Assembly (NCBI GenBank): GCA_002238505.1
Contig: MPMM01000001.1
Location: forward strand, 973,811-1,037,810
Source of the DNA: SAR202 cluster bacterium bin22
Lineage (GTDB): Bacteria; Chloroflexota; Dehalococcoidia; Lucifugimonadales; UBA3495
Direction: 5' to 3'
Length of the DNA: 64,000 nucleotides
Of the stretch, positions 28,645 through 37,226 are shown piece by piece. The notes under the pieces are model-generated. The model was not told the DNA's origin, did not search any database, and saw only the letters and a program-made list of their open reading frames with translations. Position 1 is the stretch's first letter. Each line of letters opens with the position of its first letter. Position numbers and translations under genes: made by a program.

Positions 28645-29301
28645 GTGATCCCGGCGATACTCACCGACTTTGATGACACTGCCGCGGTTCAGAACGTCGC
28701 GGAAATGCTGCTACACCAGTACGGTGACTATTCCTGGCAGGACGTAAGGGCAAGGTTCCGCGCCGGCGAACTCTCCTTGAAGGACTACCAGGAAATCGCC
28801 TTCGGGGACATTCGGGCAGACCGGGCAACCATGCAGGACTATGTGAGGAAGAACGCCAACCTGCGTCCTCACTTCACAGAACTTTGGGAGTATTGCCAGG
28901 AACTGAACAGCCCCATGGCAGTGGTGAGTCTGGGTCTGGACTTTTACATCCAGGCATTACTGGACGAGGAGGGCGCCCGTGACGTGCCCACTTACTGCGT
29001 GAACACCAGGTTCACGCCGGAGGGCATCAATTATTACTATCACCACACTTACCCCGGAGAGCCGGAGCGAGGCAACTCCAAGGGCCTGATCGTGGACCGG
29101 TACCGGCAGCTGGGTTACCACGTAATCTATGTGGGTGATGGCCGATCCGACTTCGAGGGAGCGGAAAGGGCGAATACGGTCTTCGCCCACAGTGTTCTCG
29201 CCGAAGAATGCGAGCGGAAGGGGATCTCATACCGCCCCTTTAGTGACTTTGGCGATGTCCTGGCCACAACCAAGGAACTGCTGGGACTGACAGGAACGTG
29301 A
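28645..29301 (+). CDS. HAD-IB family phosphatase (MtnX/phosphoserine-phosphatase-like)
   Basis: GTG at 28645, 1 nt after the purE stop. DxDxT motif (LTDFDDTA) and C-terminal VGDGRSDFEGA. The track ORF start at 28549 overlaps purE. Confidence 0.75.
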   Translation: MIPAILTDFDDTAAVQNVAEMLLHQYGDYSWQDVRARFRAGELSLKDYQEIAFGDIRADRATMQDYVRKNANLRPHFTELWEYCQELNSPMAVVSLGLDFYIQALLDEEGARDVPTYCVNTRFTPEGINYYYHHTYPGEPERGNSKGLIVDRYRQLGYHVIYVGDGRSDFEGAERANTVFAHSVLAEECERKGISYRPFSDFGDVLATTKELLGLTGT

Positions 29302-29368
29302 CGGGAAAGCTATAGTTAGAGATGTTTACGCGCGTTGGCGCTATGAGGATAATCTCGGAGGAATCTGA

Positions 29369-30688
29369 TTGATTGACCGATATTCACGACCGGCAATGAA
29401 GAAGGTCTGGTCGGACGAGAATAAATACCAGAAATGGCTGGACGTGGAACTGGCTGTGGCCGAAGCCTGGACCGAGGAGGGTGTAATTCCTCTGGAGGAT
29501 ATGGAACGGCTTCGTCCGGTACAGTACAACCACCAGCGCATGATGGAACTGTTTGAAACCACACGCCATGACGTAACTGCCTTCCTCTCTTCCATAACCG
29601 AGGGCATTGGCCCGGAAGGGCGGTGGCTGCACTTGGGTATGACCTCTTCGGACATGCTGGACACGGCCCAGAGCCTGCAAATGGTAGAGGCCGGTCAATT
29701 GCTCCAACAGGAACTCGCCCAGGCCATTGAGGTGTTGGAAGTGCAGGCTGTGGCCTACAAGGACACCATCATGATGGGCCGCACCCACGGCGTCCATGCG
29801 GAGCCAATGACCTTTGGACTGAAGCTGGCTCTCTGGCGGGAGGAGTTGCGGAGGCAGCAGGAGCGCCTGGTAGCCGCCTGCGAAAGCATTCGCGTGGGAA
29901 AAATCTCTGGCGCCGTTGGCACCCACGCCACCATTCAGCCCTCGGTGGAGGATACGGTCTGCCGGCGCCTGGGACTGGAAGTTGCTCCTGTATCTAACCA
30001 GGTTATCCAGCGGGACAGGTATGCCCATTTTATTGGCACCCTCGCTCTCATCGCAGCCTCGCTGGAGAAGTTCGCCACTGAAGTCCGTACATTGCAGCGT
30101 ACCGAACTGCACGAGGTAGAGGAGCCTTTCGGCCAGGGACAGACCGGGTCATCCTCCATGCCCCATAAGCGCAATCCCGAATTGGCCGAGCGAATCTGCG
30201 GACTGGCCAGGCTGATTCGAGGCAACAGCATAACCGCCCTGGAGAATGTAGCCTTGTGGGGAGAGCGCGACATCAGCCACTCGTCGGCCGAGCGCATAAT
30301 CCTGCCAGACTCATGCCTCGCGCTGGACTACATTCTGTCCATTTTCACCCGTATCGTGAAGGACTTGCGGGTAAATTCCGACAGGATGTGGGACAACGTG
30401 GAAAGCAGTCGTGGCCTGGTGTTCAGCCAGAGGGTATTGCTGGCCCTGGTGGACAAGGGAATGGGGCGCGAAGATGCCTACAAGGTGGTTCAGCGCAACG
30501 CTATGCGCAGTTGGGACACCAAGGCCGACTTTCGTGATTTGCTCCGGGCCGATGACGAGGCCAGGGACTGCCTTCCCGGCGAAGAGCTTGAGGAACTGTT
30601 TGATTACGGCTACTACACCCGATACGTTGACGAGACTTTCCAGCGAATCGGGCTGCTCCCGGCAGGGGTTGCGGCGGGGAAGCAGTAA
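29369..30688 (+). CDS. purB: Adenylosuccinate lyase
   Basis: 439 aa. MIDRYSRPAMKKVWSDENKYQKWLDVE, TSSDMLDT and GSSSMPHKRNP signature. Confidence 0.95.
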   Translation: MIDRYSRPAMKKVWSDENKYQKWLDVELAVAEAWTEEGVIPLEDMERLRPVQYNHQRMMELFETTRHDVTAFLSSITEGIGPEGRWLHLGMTSSDMLDTAQSLQMVEAGQLLQQELAQAIEVLEVQAVAYKDTIMMGRTHGVHAEPMTFGLKLALWREELRRQQERLVAACESIRVGKISGAVGTHATIQPSVEDTVCRRLGLEVAPVSNQVIQRDRYAHFIGTLALIAASLEKFATEVRTLQRTELHEVEEPFGQGQTGSSSMPHKRNPELAERICGLARLIRGNSITALENVALWGERDISHSSAERIILPDSCLALDYILSIFTRIVKDLRVNSDRMWDNVESSRGLVFSQRVLLALVDKGMGREDAYKVVQRNAMRSWDTKADFRDLLRADDEARDCLPGEELEELFDYGYYTRYVDETFQRIGLLPAGVAAGKQ

Positions 30689-30834
30689 TTGAGCGATTTC
30701 CAACATCTCGGGTGGGTAGCCCCTGAGCAGCAGGTCACCCGCGGTCATTGGCAGATATACAAGGGACGGACTTCAGGAGCCACATTCAGATTTCAGGTCG
30801 AATCACAAAATAAACTAGATTGCAGGGTTTAAGT

Positions 30835-31731
30835 ATGCTTATCGAAACGGGACTTCCTAATCAACTCCATCGCGGCAAGGTCAGAGACACCTATGCCATC
30901 AATGACGAACTGCTTCTCATGGTCGCCACCGACCGGATCTCCGCCTTCGACGTGGTACTTCCCACTGGAATTCCGGAAAAGGGCAAGGTTCTGAACCGCA
31001 TTTCCAGTTTCTGGTTCGATAAGACCGCCCACATTGTCCCCAATCACCTGATCGCGCTTGCCGATTCCAGCGACGCGCCAACTCTCCTGGCAGGAAACCC
31101 CGACCTGGCCGGCATAACCGAAGAATTGGCCAGCCAGGCAATGATCGTCAAGCGAGCGCAACGCATTGACATGGAGTGCATCGTTCGTGGCTACATCACC
31201 GGTTCCGCCTGGTCGGAGTACCGGCGGCAGGGCACCGTTTCCGGCAAGCCCATGCCCGAAGGACTGGTTGAGGGGATGGAATTTCCCGAACCGCTGTTCA
31301 CTCCCACCACCAAGGCTGAAGAGGGCCACGACGAGAATATGTCCGACCAGGAAGTTGAGGACATGGTTGGCGCCGAAATGGCTCAGAAGCTGGCCGATGT
31401 CAGCAAAGCCGTTTACAAGTACGCCCACGACTATGCCCGGGAACACGGCATCATCCTGGCCGATACCAAGATGGAATTCGGAACGCTGAATGGAGAGTTA
31501 ATCCTGATTGATGAGTTGTTGACTCCCGATTCCAGCCGATTCTGGGACATGGATGGGTACGGCCCCGGCAAGTCGCAGCCCAACTTCGACAAGCAGTTCG
31601 TTCGTGACTGGCTGGTGGAGCAGGGATGGGACCAGGAGCCTCCGGCCCCAGAATTGCCAGAGGACGTTGTATCCCGAACCACCGATAGGTACAAGGAAGC
31701 CTATCGCAGGCTCACCGGCACCGAACTCTAG
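30835..31731 (+). CDS. purC: Phosphoribosylaminoimidazole-succinocarboxamide synthase
   Basis: ATG at 30835 (track TTG is at 30820). LHRGKVRDTY, TDRISAFD, ADTKMEFG and LTPDSSRFW motifs. Confidence 0.95.
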   Translation: MLIETGLPNQLHRGKVRDTYAINDELLLMVATDRISAFDVVLPTGIPEKGKVLNRISSFWFDKTAHIVPNHLIALADSSDAPTLLAGNPDLAGITEELASQAMIVKRAQRIDMECIVRGYITGSAWSEYRRQGTVSGKPMPEGLVEGMEFPEPLFTPTTKAEEGHDENMSDQEVEDMVGAEMAQKLADVSKAVYKYAHDYAREHGIILADTKMEFGTLNGELILIDELLTPDSSRFWDMDGYGPGKSQPNFDKQFVRDWLVEQGWDQEPPAPELPEDVVSRTTDRYKEAYRRLTGTEL

Positions 31732-31769
31732 GAAGAAAAAGATAGCCCCACCCAACCGGAGGTATCAAA

Positions 31770-32432
31770 TTGCCAGTATCACGGCGCCGGCGGCGAAGGT
31801 CATCCCAGAGTGGCCGCCAGGCGGAAATGGTCATCAACCCGTCCCGCCCCAAACCAAACTATTGGTACATCGGGGCTTCCGCGATCATCGCGTTTTTGGT
31901 AATAGCGGGCTTTGTGGTTGGTGGCATCAGCTTTAGGGGAAGCGATGACGGGGTCGGCTCCAGTGACGAATACGTGGAAGGCGTGGGCGAACAGCATGTG
32001 ATCATGCCTACACGCATTCACGTCTCCGAAGACCAGAATGTGGATTACAGTACTACACCGCCCACTTCCGGTGACCACTGGGACTGGTGGGCGCGCTGTG
32101 GGTTCTACGAAGACGGGCTGCCCGACGAGCGCATTGTCCACAACCTGGAGCATGGGAATATCGTTGTCAGCTACAATCTCCAAGAGGGTCCTGCGCTTGA
32201 ACAGTTGAAAGATTTCATGGACAGCTTTGAACTCGCACCTTCATGGGCGGTGACCCGTTACTACGACAAGGTCCCGGAAGGGACAATCGCCCTGTCGGCC
32301 TGGGGGGTACTGGACACTATGCAAAGTGTTGACGAAGACCGTATTGAAGACTTCTTCCGCACCTACGCCGGCACTCTTGGGCCGGAGTTTCCCAATGGCG
32401 CGCCCTGCACCACCAGCGGCGTGATGGAATAA
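31770..32432 (+). CDS. DUF3105-domain membrane-anchored protein
   Basis: 220 aa. N-terminal TM helix, then Y..TPPTSGDHW and HNLEHGNIVVSY motifs typical of DUF3105. An alternative ATG is at 31827. Confidence 0.75.
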   Translation: MPVSRRRRRRSSQSGRQAEMVINPSRPKPNYWYIGASAIIAFLVIAGFVVGGISFRGSDDGVGSSDEYVEGVGEQHVIMPTRIHVSEDQNVDYSTTPPTSGDHWDWWARCGFYEDGLPDERIVHNLEHGNIVVSYNLQEGPALEQLKDFMDSFELAPSWAVTRYYDKVPEGTIALSAWGVLDTMQSVDEDRIEDFFRTYAGTLGPEFPNGAPCTTSGVME

Positions 32433-32452
32433 CCGGCAGGCAGGCACCGATT

Positions 32453-32707
32453 TTGTACCTAGCCAGGGTTTACATCACACTCAAACCCACGGTCAACGAC
32501 CCCCAGGGTATTACCGTATTGGGCGGACTTAAGAGCCTGGGGTTTGAAACAGTCTCTGAAGTCCGCGTGGGAAAGTTCCTGGAAATCAGGCTGGATGAAG
32601 CAGACCGGCATCGCGCCGAGTCTGCAGCAAGGGAAATGTGCGAGAAACTACTGGCCAACCCGGTAATTGAACAGTACTCAGTAGAGCTGGTAGAACTGCC
32701 TGGCTAG
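32453..32707 (+). CDS. purS: Phosphoribosylformylglycinamidine synthase subunit PurS
   Basis: 84 aa. VYITLKPTVNDPQG..VLGGLKSLGF...MCEKLLANPVIE is the PurS pattern. Confidence 0.9.
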   Translation: MYLARVYITLKPTVNDPQGITVLGGLKSLGFETVSEVRVGKFLEIRLDEADRHRAESAAREMCEKLLANPVIEQYSVELVELPG

Positions 32708-32812
32708 GAATTTATCTCTACGGTCTCCGCTTTTTGAAGATAATCGGTTAAGAAACAAGGGCTGTTCACAAAGCCGTTTGGATTAGCTGACATGATTAAA
32801 GCATTTGGCAGA

Positions 32813-32837
32813 GGCAGCCCGGTTGGCTGCCTTTTCC
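32813..32837 (+). terminator. Rho-independent terminator after purS
   Basis: ggcagcc (32813-32819) pairs with ggctgcc (32825-32831), followed by ttttcc. Confidence 0.65.
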
Positions 32838-32885
32838 ATTTAGGGAAATCAATTAAACCGAGACCTGGCCTTCTGCCCATTTCTG

Positions 32886-32914
32886 TTGACAATAACTTGC
32901 CGTTTTGTTGCAAT
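32886..32914 (+). promoter_or_regulatory. Candidate sigma-70-type promoter
   Basis: TTGACA-17 nt-TGCAAT, about 45 nt upstream of the GTG at 32960, in an AT-rich gap. Confidence 0.5.
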
Positions 32915-32959
32915 AGCTCTACACCCATTCTCCACAAATTGCATTAAGGAGATGTTCCC

Positions 32960-33955
32960 GTGACAACCACCAACAACGATACTTATGTTTACGTGGGCGC
33001 TGAAAGCAGCGGGCTCTACCGGCTCTCACCCGGTTCTGAAAGCTGGGAGGAGTTGACCAACGGACTGCCGGAAAATCCGATTGTTCCTGGCGTTGCCGTA
33101 CATCCCAGCAACCCTTCCATCATTTACGCTGGAACCCAGAACGGCCCCTACCGCAGCACAGACCGGGGCGACCATTGGGAACGCCTTGATTATCCTTCGC
33201 TGGCTCCGCCAGTATGGACTTTCCTGTTCCGCCCCCGGGACCCACAGGTGATTTACGCCGGCACCGCTCCAGGCGAACTTTACCGCAGTACCAACGGCGG
33301 AGATTCCTGGGCAAAACTGAACCTGCCTATGGGTTCCAACGAAGTATCCATGGCCTTTCCCACCCGGGTAATTGGTTTGACTGCCGACCCAACCTTCCCC
33401 GACGAAATGTACGCTGCGCTGGAAGTGGCCGGAGTAATGCGGTCCTCCGATGGGGGTGACACCTGGGATGAAGTTACCGGCTCCCTGGCGCCCAGCGAGG
33501 ACACCCTCGACCTGCACGGCGTCCAGTGTACCGCTGCTTCGCCGCATACGGTGTTCATCACCACCAGGGTGGGTCCCTTCATCGGCCCTGACCGGGGAAG
33601 CGAATGGATTCCCATCGACTTCGGGCAGTTTTCGGAGATTACCTACACGCGGGACCTGTATGCCGCGCCCCACGAACCGAACATGCTGTACGTGTCCATT
33701 GGCGCCGCTGCCCGCAGCGGGCAGGGTGCCTTGTACCGCAGCCGGGATCTTTTCAAGACTTTTGAGCCGGTGGGCGCCGGTGTTGCGGCCAGCAGCACAA
33801 TGATGGCGGTCCGTGTCAACCCGAGGCAACCTTCCCATGTATTCTGCGCAGCCCGGGACGGCCAGGTATTTGGTTCCCTGGACGATGGCGCAACCTGGAG
33901 CAGCTACGATTTGCCCGACAAGGCGAAAGAAGTACGGGGTCTGGCCGTGGGCTAG
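32960..33955 (+). CDS. BNR/Asp-box repeat beta-propeller protein
   Basis: 331 aa with repeated SxDxGxxW boxes (STDRGDHW, STNGGDSW, SSDGGDTW, SLDDGATW). Confidence 0.8.
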   Translation: MTTTNNDTYVYVGAESSGLYRLSPGSESWEELTNGLPENPIVPGVAVHPSNPSIIYAGTQNGPYRSTDRGDHWERLDYPSLAPPVWTFLFRPRDPQVIYAGTAPGELYRSTNGGDSWAKLNLPMGSNEVSMAFPTRVIGLTADPTFPDEMYAALEVAGVMRSSDGGDTWDEVTGSLAPSEDTLDLHGVQCTAASPHTVFITTRVGPFIGPDRGSEWIPIDFGQFSEITYTRDLYAAPHEPNMLYVSIGAAARSGQGALYRSRDLFKTFEPVGAGVAASSTMMAVRVNPRQPSHVFCAARDGQVFGSLDDGATWSSYDLPDKAKEVRGLAVG

Positions 33956-34113
33956 GCAACATTACCTGCAATTGGATAGCCTGCGCCCCTCGATGGAATT
34001 GACCGGGGACGCGCCTGCGCCACCAGAAACCAGTTTCGCAGAGCAAACAAGAAGGAGCCACCGCCCGATGGGCGATGGCTCCTGTCTTTACCGGAGTACC
34101 GTTCAGGTTCCTG

Positions 34114-34701
34114 TTACCCGGCTATGCCCTGCTGGAGCTTGTCTATAATTTCTTCCACCGTAGCCTGCTGCCATGCCTCGGCTCGGGTTGCCATGCGAGT
34201 GCGCCGTTCCCGGCCAAAGTCCTGGTCGTTAATGTCGGGGTTCTCCGCGCGAATGGCCTCCTCTATCTCTTTTGACTCCTTCTCCGCCACTTCAGGCTTT
34301 TCGATCCAGTGAAGAATGTAGCGGTGGTCGGAAGTGTAGAAAACGGCTGTGGGGATGGACATCCACTGCCCTTCCTTCAGGAATTCGTTCATAATGTCGT
34401 GATGCTGGTCGCGAGGGAAGACCCGCATATCCCAGCCGGCAGCCTCTGCCATGCGGGCCAGTACGGGCAGGCCCCGCACCACATCGCCGCACCAGTCCTC
34501 TCCCAAAACCAGCAGCTTTGTGGGGCCGTCGGAGTTGGCTGCAAGTTCCTTTAGAGAAGCTTCGTTTTCGGGAGTTACTTTGAAAATCTCATAGAAACCG
34601 TCCATCCGGTCTTTGTTGACGTTTATCTGCGCCATGTAGTCGGCATAGGTGAATCCCTCTTCAAACCGTTGAGGGGTCACAACGCTGGTATTGCTGGCCA
34701 T
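34114..34701 (-). CDS. Thioredoxin-fold family protein (Thioredoxin_9-like, WCGD motif)
   Basis: ATG at 34701 has a strong GGAGGAAGG SD (track start is 34734). LVLGEDWCGDVVRGLPVLARM and SIPTAVFY (cis-Pro) are thioredoxin-fold hallmarks. Confidence 0.75.
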   Translation of the reverse strand: MASNTSVVTPQRFEEGFTYADYMAQINVNKDRMDGFYEIFKVTPENEASLKELAANSDGPTKLLVLGEDWCGDVVRGLPVLARMAEAAGWDMRVFPRDQHHDIMNEFLKEGQWMSIPTAVFYTSDHRYILHWIEKPEVAEKESKEIEEAIRAENPDINDQDFGRERRTRMATRAEAWQQATVEEIIDKLQQGIAG

Positions 34702-34788
34702 TACCTTCCTCCTGCTCTCTACCTGATTTCTCATTGGGCGTGTTGCTTGTACCTTGCTGGTCCGGCCAACTGGCCGCTAACCGATTTC

Positions 34789-35004
34789 TCAACCTCGGTG
34801 ACCTTCGAATCCAATCTCAACGCTGCCGTCGGGATAAACTATGATGGGTACAGAGTCTCCAAAAAGCAGAGCTTCGTCCAGAGTGTCCTGGCTCTGATCA
34901 ACCCGTTTTTCCTCGTATTGAATGCCCTGGCGACGCCACGCGTCGCGCAAACGGTCGGAGGCGGGTCAAACTGTTAGCGTGTAAACCACCGGAATATCGG
35001 CCAT
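34789..35004 (-). CDS. Candidate selenoprotein: glutaredoxin-like protein with in-frame UGA (Sec) at codon 13
   Basis: Absent from the ORF track. Hand translation from ATG 35004 (GAGGAGG SD 7 nt upstream) gives MADIPVVYTLTV-[TGA]-PASDRLRDAWRRQGIQYEEKRVDQSQDTLDEALLFGDSVPIIVYPDGSVEIGFEGHRG-stop. The TGA at 34966-34968 sits where the CxxC/S Cys of glutaredoxins lies, and a hairpin follows. Confidence 0.6.
34930..34946 (-). promoter_or_regulatory. Candidate bacterial SECIS hairpin
   Basis: Minus-strand GCGACGC-GUG-GCGUCGC is a perfect 7-bp stem with a G-containing apical loop. It starts 19 nt after the in-frame UGA, and the loop is 26 nt from the UGA. Confidence 0.5.
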
Positions 35005-35062
35005 TCTTCAACCTCCTCTGCTTGACTCCCTGGGAGCCTCGCCCCTCAGAAATGTTTGAGCC

Positions 35063-35091
35063 ATTCTACATCGGCCCGGCGTTGGTGTCAT
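35063..35091 (-). promoter_or_regulatory. Candidate promoter for the Sec-glutaredoxin-like gene
   Basis: Minus strand ATGACA-17 nt-TAGAAT, about 60 nt upstream of the ATG at 35004. Confidence 0.45.
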
Positions 35092-35133
35092 TAATAGAGC
35101 TGACTCTCGGAAGCTCACGCGCCCTCTATTCGG

Positions 35134-35162
35134 TTGTCTTGCCGGGAGGCCCCGGATATAAT
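35134..35162 (+). promoter_or_regulatory. Candidate promoter for the ABM gene
   Basis: TTGTCT-17 nt-TATAAT, about 90 nt upstream of the ATG at 35253. Confidence 0.5.
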
Positions 35163-35252
35163 GGCCGTGTTCAAGTGGCGCCGAGCCGGAAGGCCGAAGA
35201 GCTGCCACTGCATAACAATTAACCAGGACATGAACCATTCCGAGGAGGAACA

Positions 35253-35582
35253 ATGATCGCGCTTTTGGTGACTATCAACATCAAGCCCGGCTTCAAGCAG
35301 CAGTTCATGGATTCCATGATGGGCGACGCCATCGGCTCCAACAACGACGAGCCCGGCTGCCTGCGCTTTGATGTGCTACAGGACAACGAACACGAGAACC
35401 GGATCCATCTTTTCGAGGTTTACGAGGACGAGGCAGCCGTAGAGGCCCATCGGGCTGCGCCCCACTACACTAAGTGGCGCTCCGAAGTGGCAGACTGGTT
35501 TGACGGTGAAATAGGCCGCAATGTCGCCACTCCCGTTTACCCGGCTCCCGAAAAGTGGGAAAAGCGTCCGCCGGTAGCATAG
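35253..35582 (+). CDS. Antibiotic-biosynthesis-monooxygenase (ABM) domain protein
   Basis: 109 aa. Ferredoxin-like pattern EPGCLRFDVLQD...IHLFEVYEDEAAVEAHRAAPHY. Confidence 0.85.
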   Translation: MIALLVTINIKPGFKQQFMDSMMGDAIGSNNDEPGCLRFDVLQDNEHENRIHLFEVYEDEAAVEAHRAAPHYTKWRSEVADWFDGEIGRNVATPVYPAPEKWEKRPPVA

Positions 35583-35610
35583 CCCTTGACTCGACTGGCC
35601 TGACAACCTT

Positions 35611-35642
35611 GCGCCCCGCAACAGAAGCGGGGCGCTTTTTTG
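35611..35642 (+). terminator. Rho-independent terminator
   Basis: gcgccccgc (35611-35619) pairs with gcggggcgc (35627-35635), followed by tttttt. Confidence 0.8.
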
Positions 35643-35667
35643 TACAAACTTCAGGAAGGGCAGGCTA

Positions 35668-36996
35668 TTAAACGTTTCGAGCCAATGCGGTTCGGAATGC
35701 GTCCAGAAAGTCCGAAATGTCTCGCTGGGTGGTTGAGGTCGATATGGACCCAACCAGATTAGAGGCCATAAGAATCCCCTCATTGAGCAGGCCCAGAAAC
35801 ATGCGATCTCGCAGGTCGAAGTCTCCGTCTGCAATATCCCGGTAATTCTGGATGGGCTGGTCAGTGAAGTGGATGCCAAACAATGAACCCAGCCCCGTAA
35901 CCTGCACCGGTATTTCCAACTCCGCGCAGACATCCCTGATCCCCTGCTTCAGTTCCTCCGTCCTCTCTGCCAGGTTTCGGTAAACCTCTGCTGTCAACTG
36001 CTGAAGGGTGACAGTCCCGGCCAGCATCGTCAAAGGATTGGCATTGAAGGTACCGGCGTGGGAGACGTTTGGCCCAATCGTGGGGTCATACAGGTCCATA
36101 ATTTCGCGTCGGCCACCGAAGGCGCCCACTGGCAGGCCTCCGCCGATAATTTTGCCCAGAGCGGTCATATCAGGAGTAATTCCGTAATACTCCTGAGCCC
36201 CGCCTGGGGCAACCCGGTAGCTGATTACCTCATCGAAAATCAGTACGCTGTTGTTGGCGGTGGCAAAGTTCCGCAGCGAGGCCAGGTATTCCTGATGGGC
36301 CGGAACCATACCCACAGACCCCAAAACCGGTTCAATTATTATTGCTGCCAGGTCCTCGGCATTGTCTTCCAGGATTCGGAGGGAATTGACCGAGTCATTG
36401 AAAGGAATCACCACCACCTGGTCCGACACTCCAGGAGTCAGGCCCGCGCTTCCCAGGACGGGGACGGGGCTGTCCGGGTCGCCGGCAACGTCAGGGTCCA
36501 CGCGAACGCTGACAGTTACACCGTCGTGGGTTCCGTGGTAGCCACCTTCCACTTTAGCGAATCTGGTGCGGCCGGTGAAAGCGCGAGCCGCGCGCAAGGT
36601 GTTCAGGGTGGCTTCAGTGCCAGAATTGGTGAAACGCACCAGGTCAAAGCTGGGAATCCGCTCACAAAGGATTCGCGCCAGATCTATCTGCCGCTCGTTG
36701 GGAGCATTGTAGCCAATGCCCCGGTTAAGTTGCCGGCGCACGGAGTCCATGACAGCTTCCGGGCCGTGGCCAAGAATCATTGTCGTCATGGTATTGATGA
36801 AGTCTATTCGCTGCACACCATCAGCATCCATCACCCTGCTTCCCGAGGCATCAGTAATGAATATAGGATAAGGCTTCCAGAATATGGAATTGCGGCTGTC
36901 GCCACCGGGAAGGTATTCCTTGGCCTCTGACCACATAGCTCGGGACTCAGGGGTGGCCTCCAGATATCGTTCCAGTTCAGACTTGGCTTGTACCAA
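35668..36996 (-). CDS. Class-III (GSA-aminomutase-like) PLP-dependent aminotransferase
   Basis: 442 aa. LPGGDSRN, FTNSGTEATL, DEV and the GK..GGG.P Lys region. Confidence 0.9.
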   Translation of the reverse strand: MVQAKSELERYLEATPESRAMWSEAKEYLPGGDSRNSIFWKPYPIFITDASGSRVMDADGVQRIDFINTMTTMILGHGPEAVMDSVRRQLNRGIGYNAPNERQIDLARILCERIPSFDLVRFTNSGTEATLNTLRAARAFTGRTRFAKVEGGYHGTHDGVTVSVRVDPDVAGDPDSPVPVLGSAGLTPGVSDQVVVIPFNDSVNSLRILEDNAEDLAAIIIEPVLGSVGMVPAHQEYLASLRNFATANNSVLIFDEVISYRVAPGGAQEYYGITPDMTALGKIIGGGLPVGAFGGRREIMDLYDPTIGPNVSHAGTFNANPLTMLAGTVTLQQLTAEVYRNLAERTEELKQGIRDVCAELEIPVQVTGLGSLFGIHFTDQPIQNYRDIADGDFDLRDRMFLGLLNEGILMASNLVGSISTSTTQRDISDFLDAFRTALARNV

Positions 36997-37226
36997 TTGA
37001 TACCCTCCTGGGATTCAACATTCATCCAGCCCGCGAGGGCTTGGTCTCCTGTGATACCTGAATTTAGATAAGCGCATGAACCCCCGTATCGGAGCAGGCT
37101 GATACCACCTGACCATCCGACTGCTTCGAGCGAACGGCGCAAGTTTACTAAGGGACCTGCAAAGAAACAGGGCAGTGTCGGGATTTATGGCCGGTGGCCC
37201 CTGGTATTCCAGCCCGGTCGAAGGGA

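Noticed and set aside
34966-34968. Alternative explanations for the in-frame TGA: global UGA reassignment, or a simple pseudogene
   Set aside because: Reassignment is rejected because other genes here terminate at TGA (7178-7180, 19078-19080, and the candidate itself at 34789-34791).

A pseudogene or sequencing error cannot be excluded. It is disfavoured by the exact redox-site position, the intact frame, SD and promoter, and the downstream hairpin.
36058-36930. 290-aa plus-strand ORF, and similar long antisense ORFs at 29384-30112, 33026-33838, 44796-45695, 55146-55889 and 21361-22191
   Set aside because: Each lies fully inside and opposite a gene with strong family signatures: aminotransferase, purB, BNR protein, S41 protease, purM and M20 peptidase. 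None has motifs or ribosome-binding sites.
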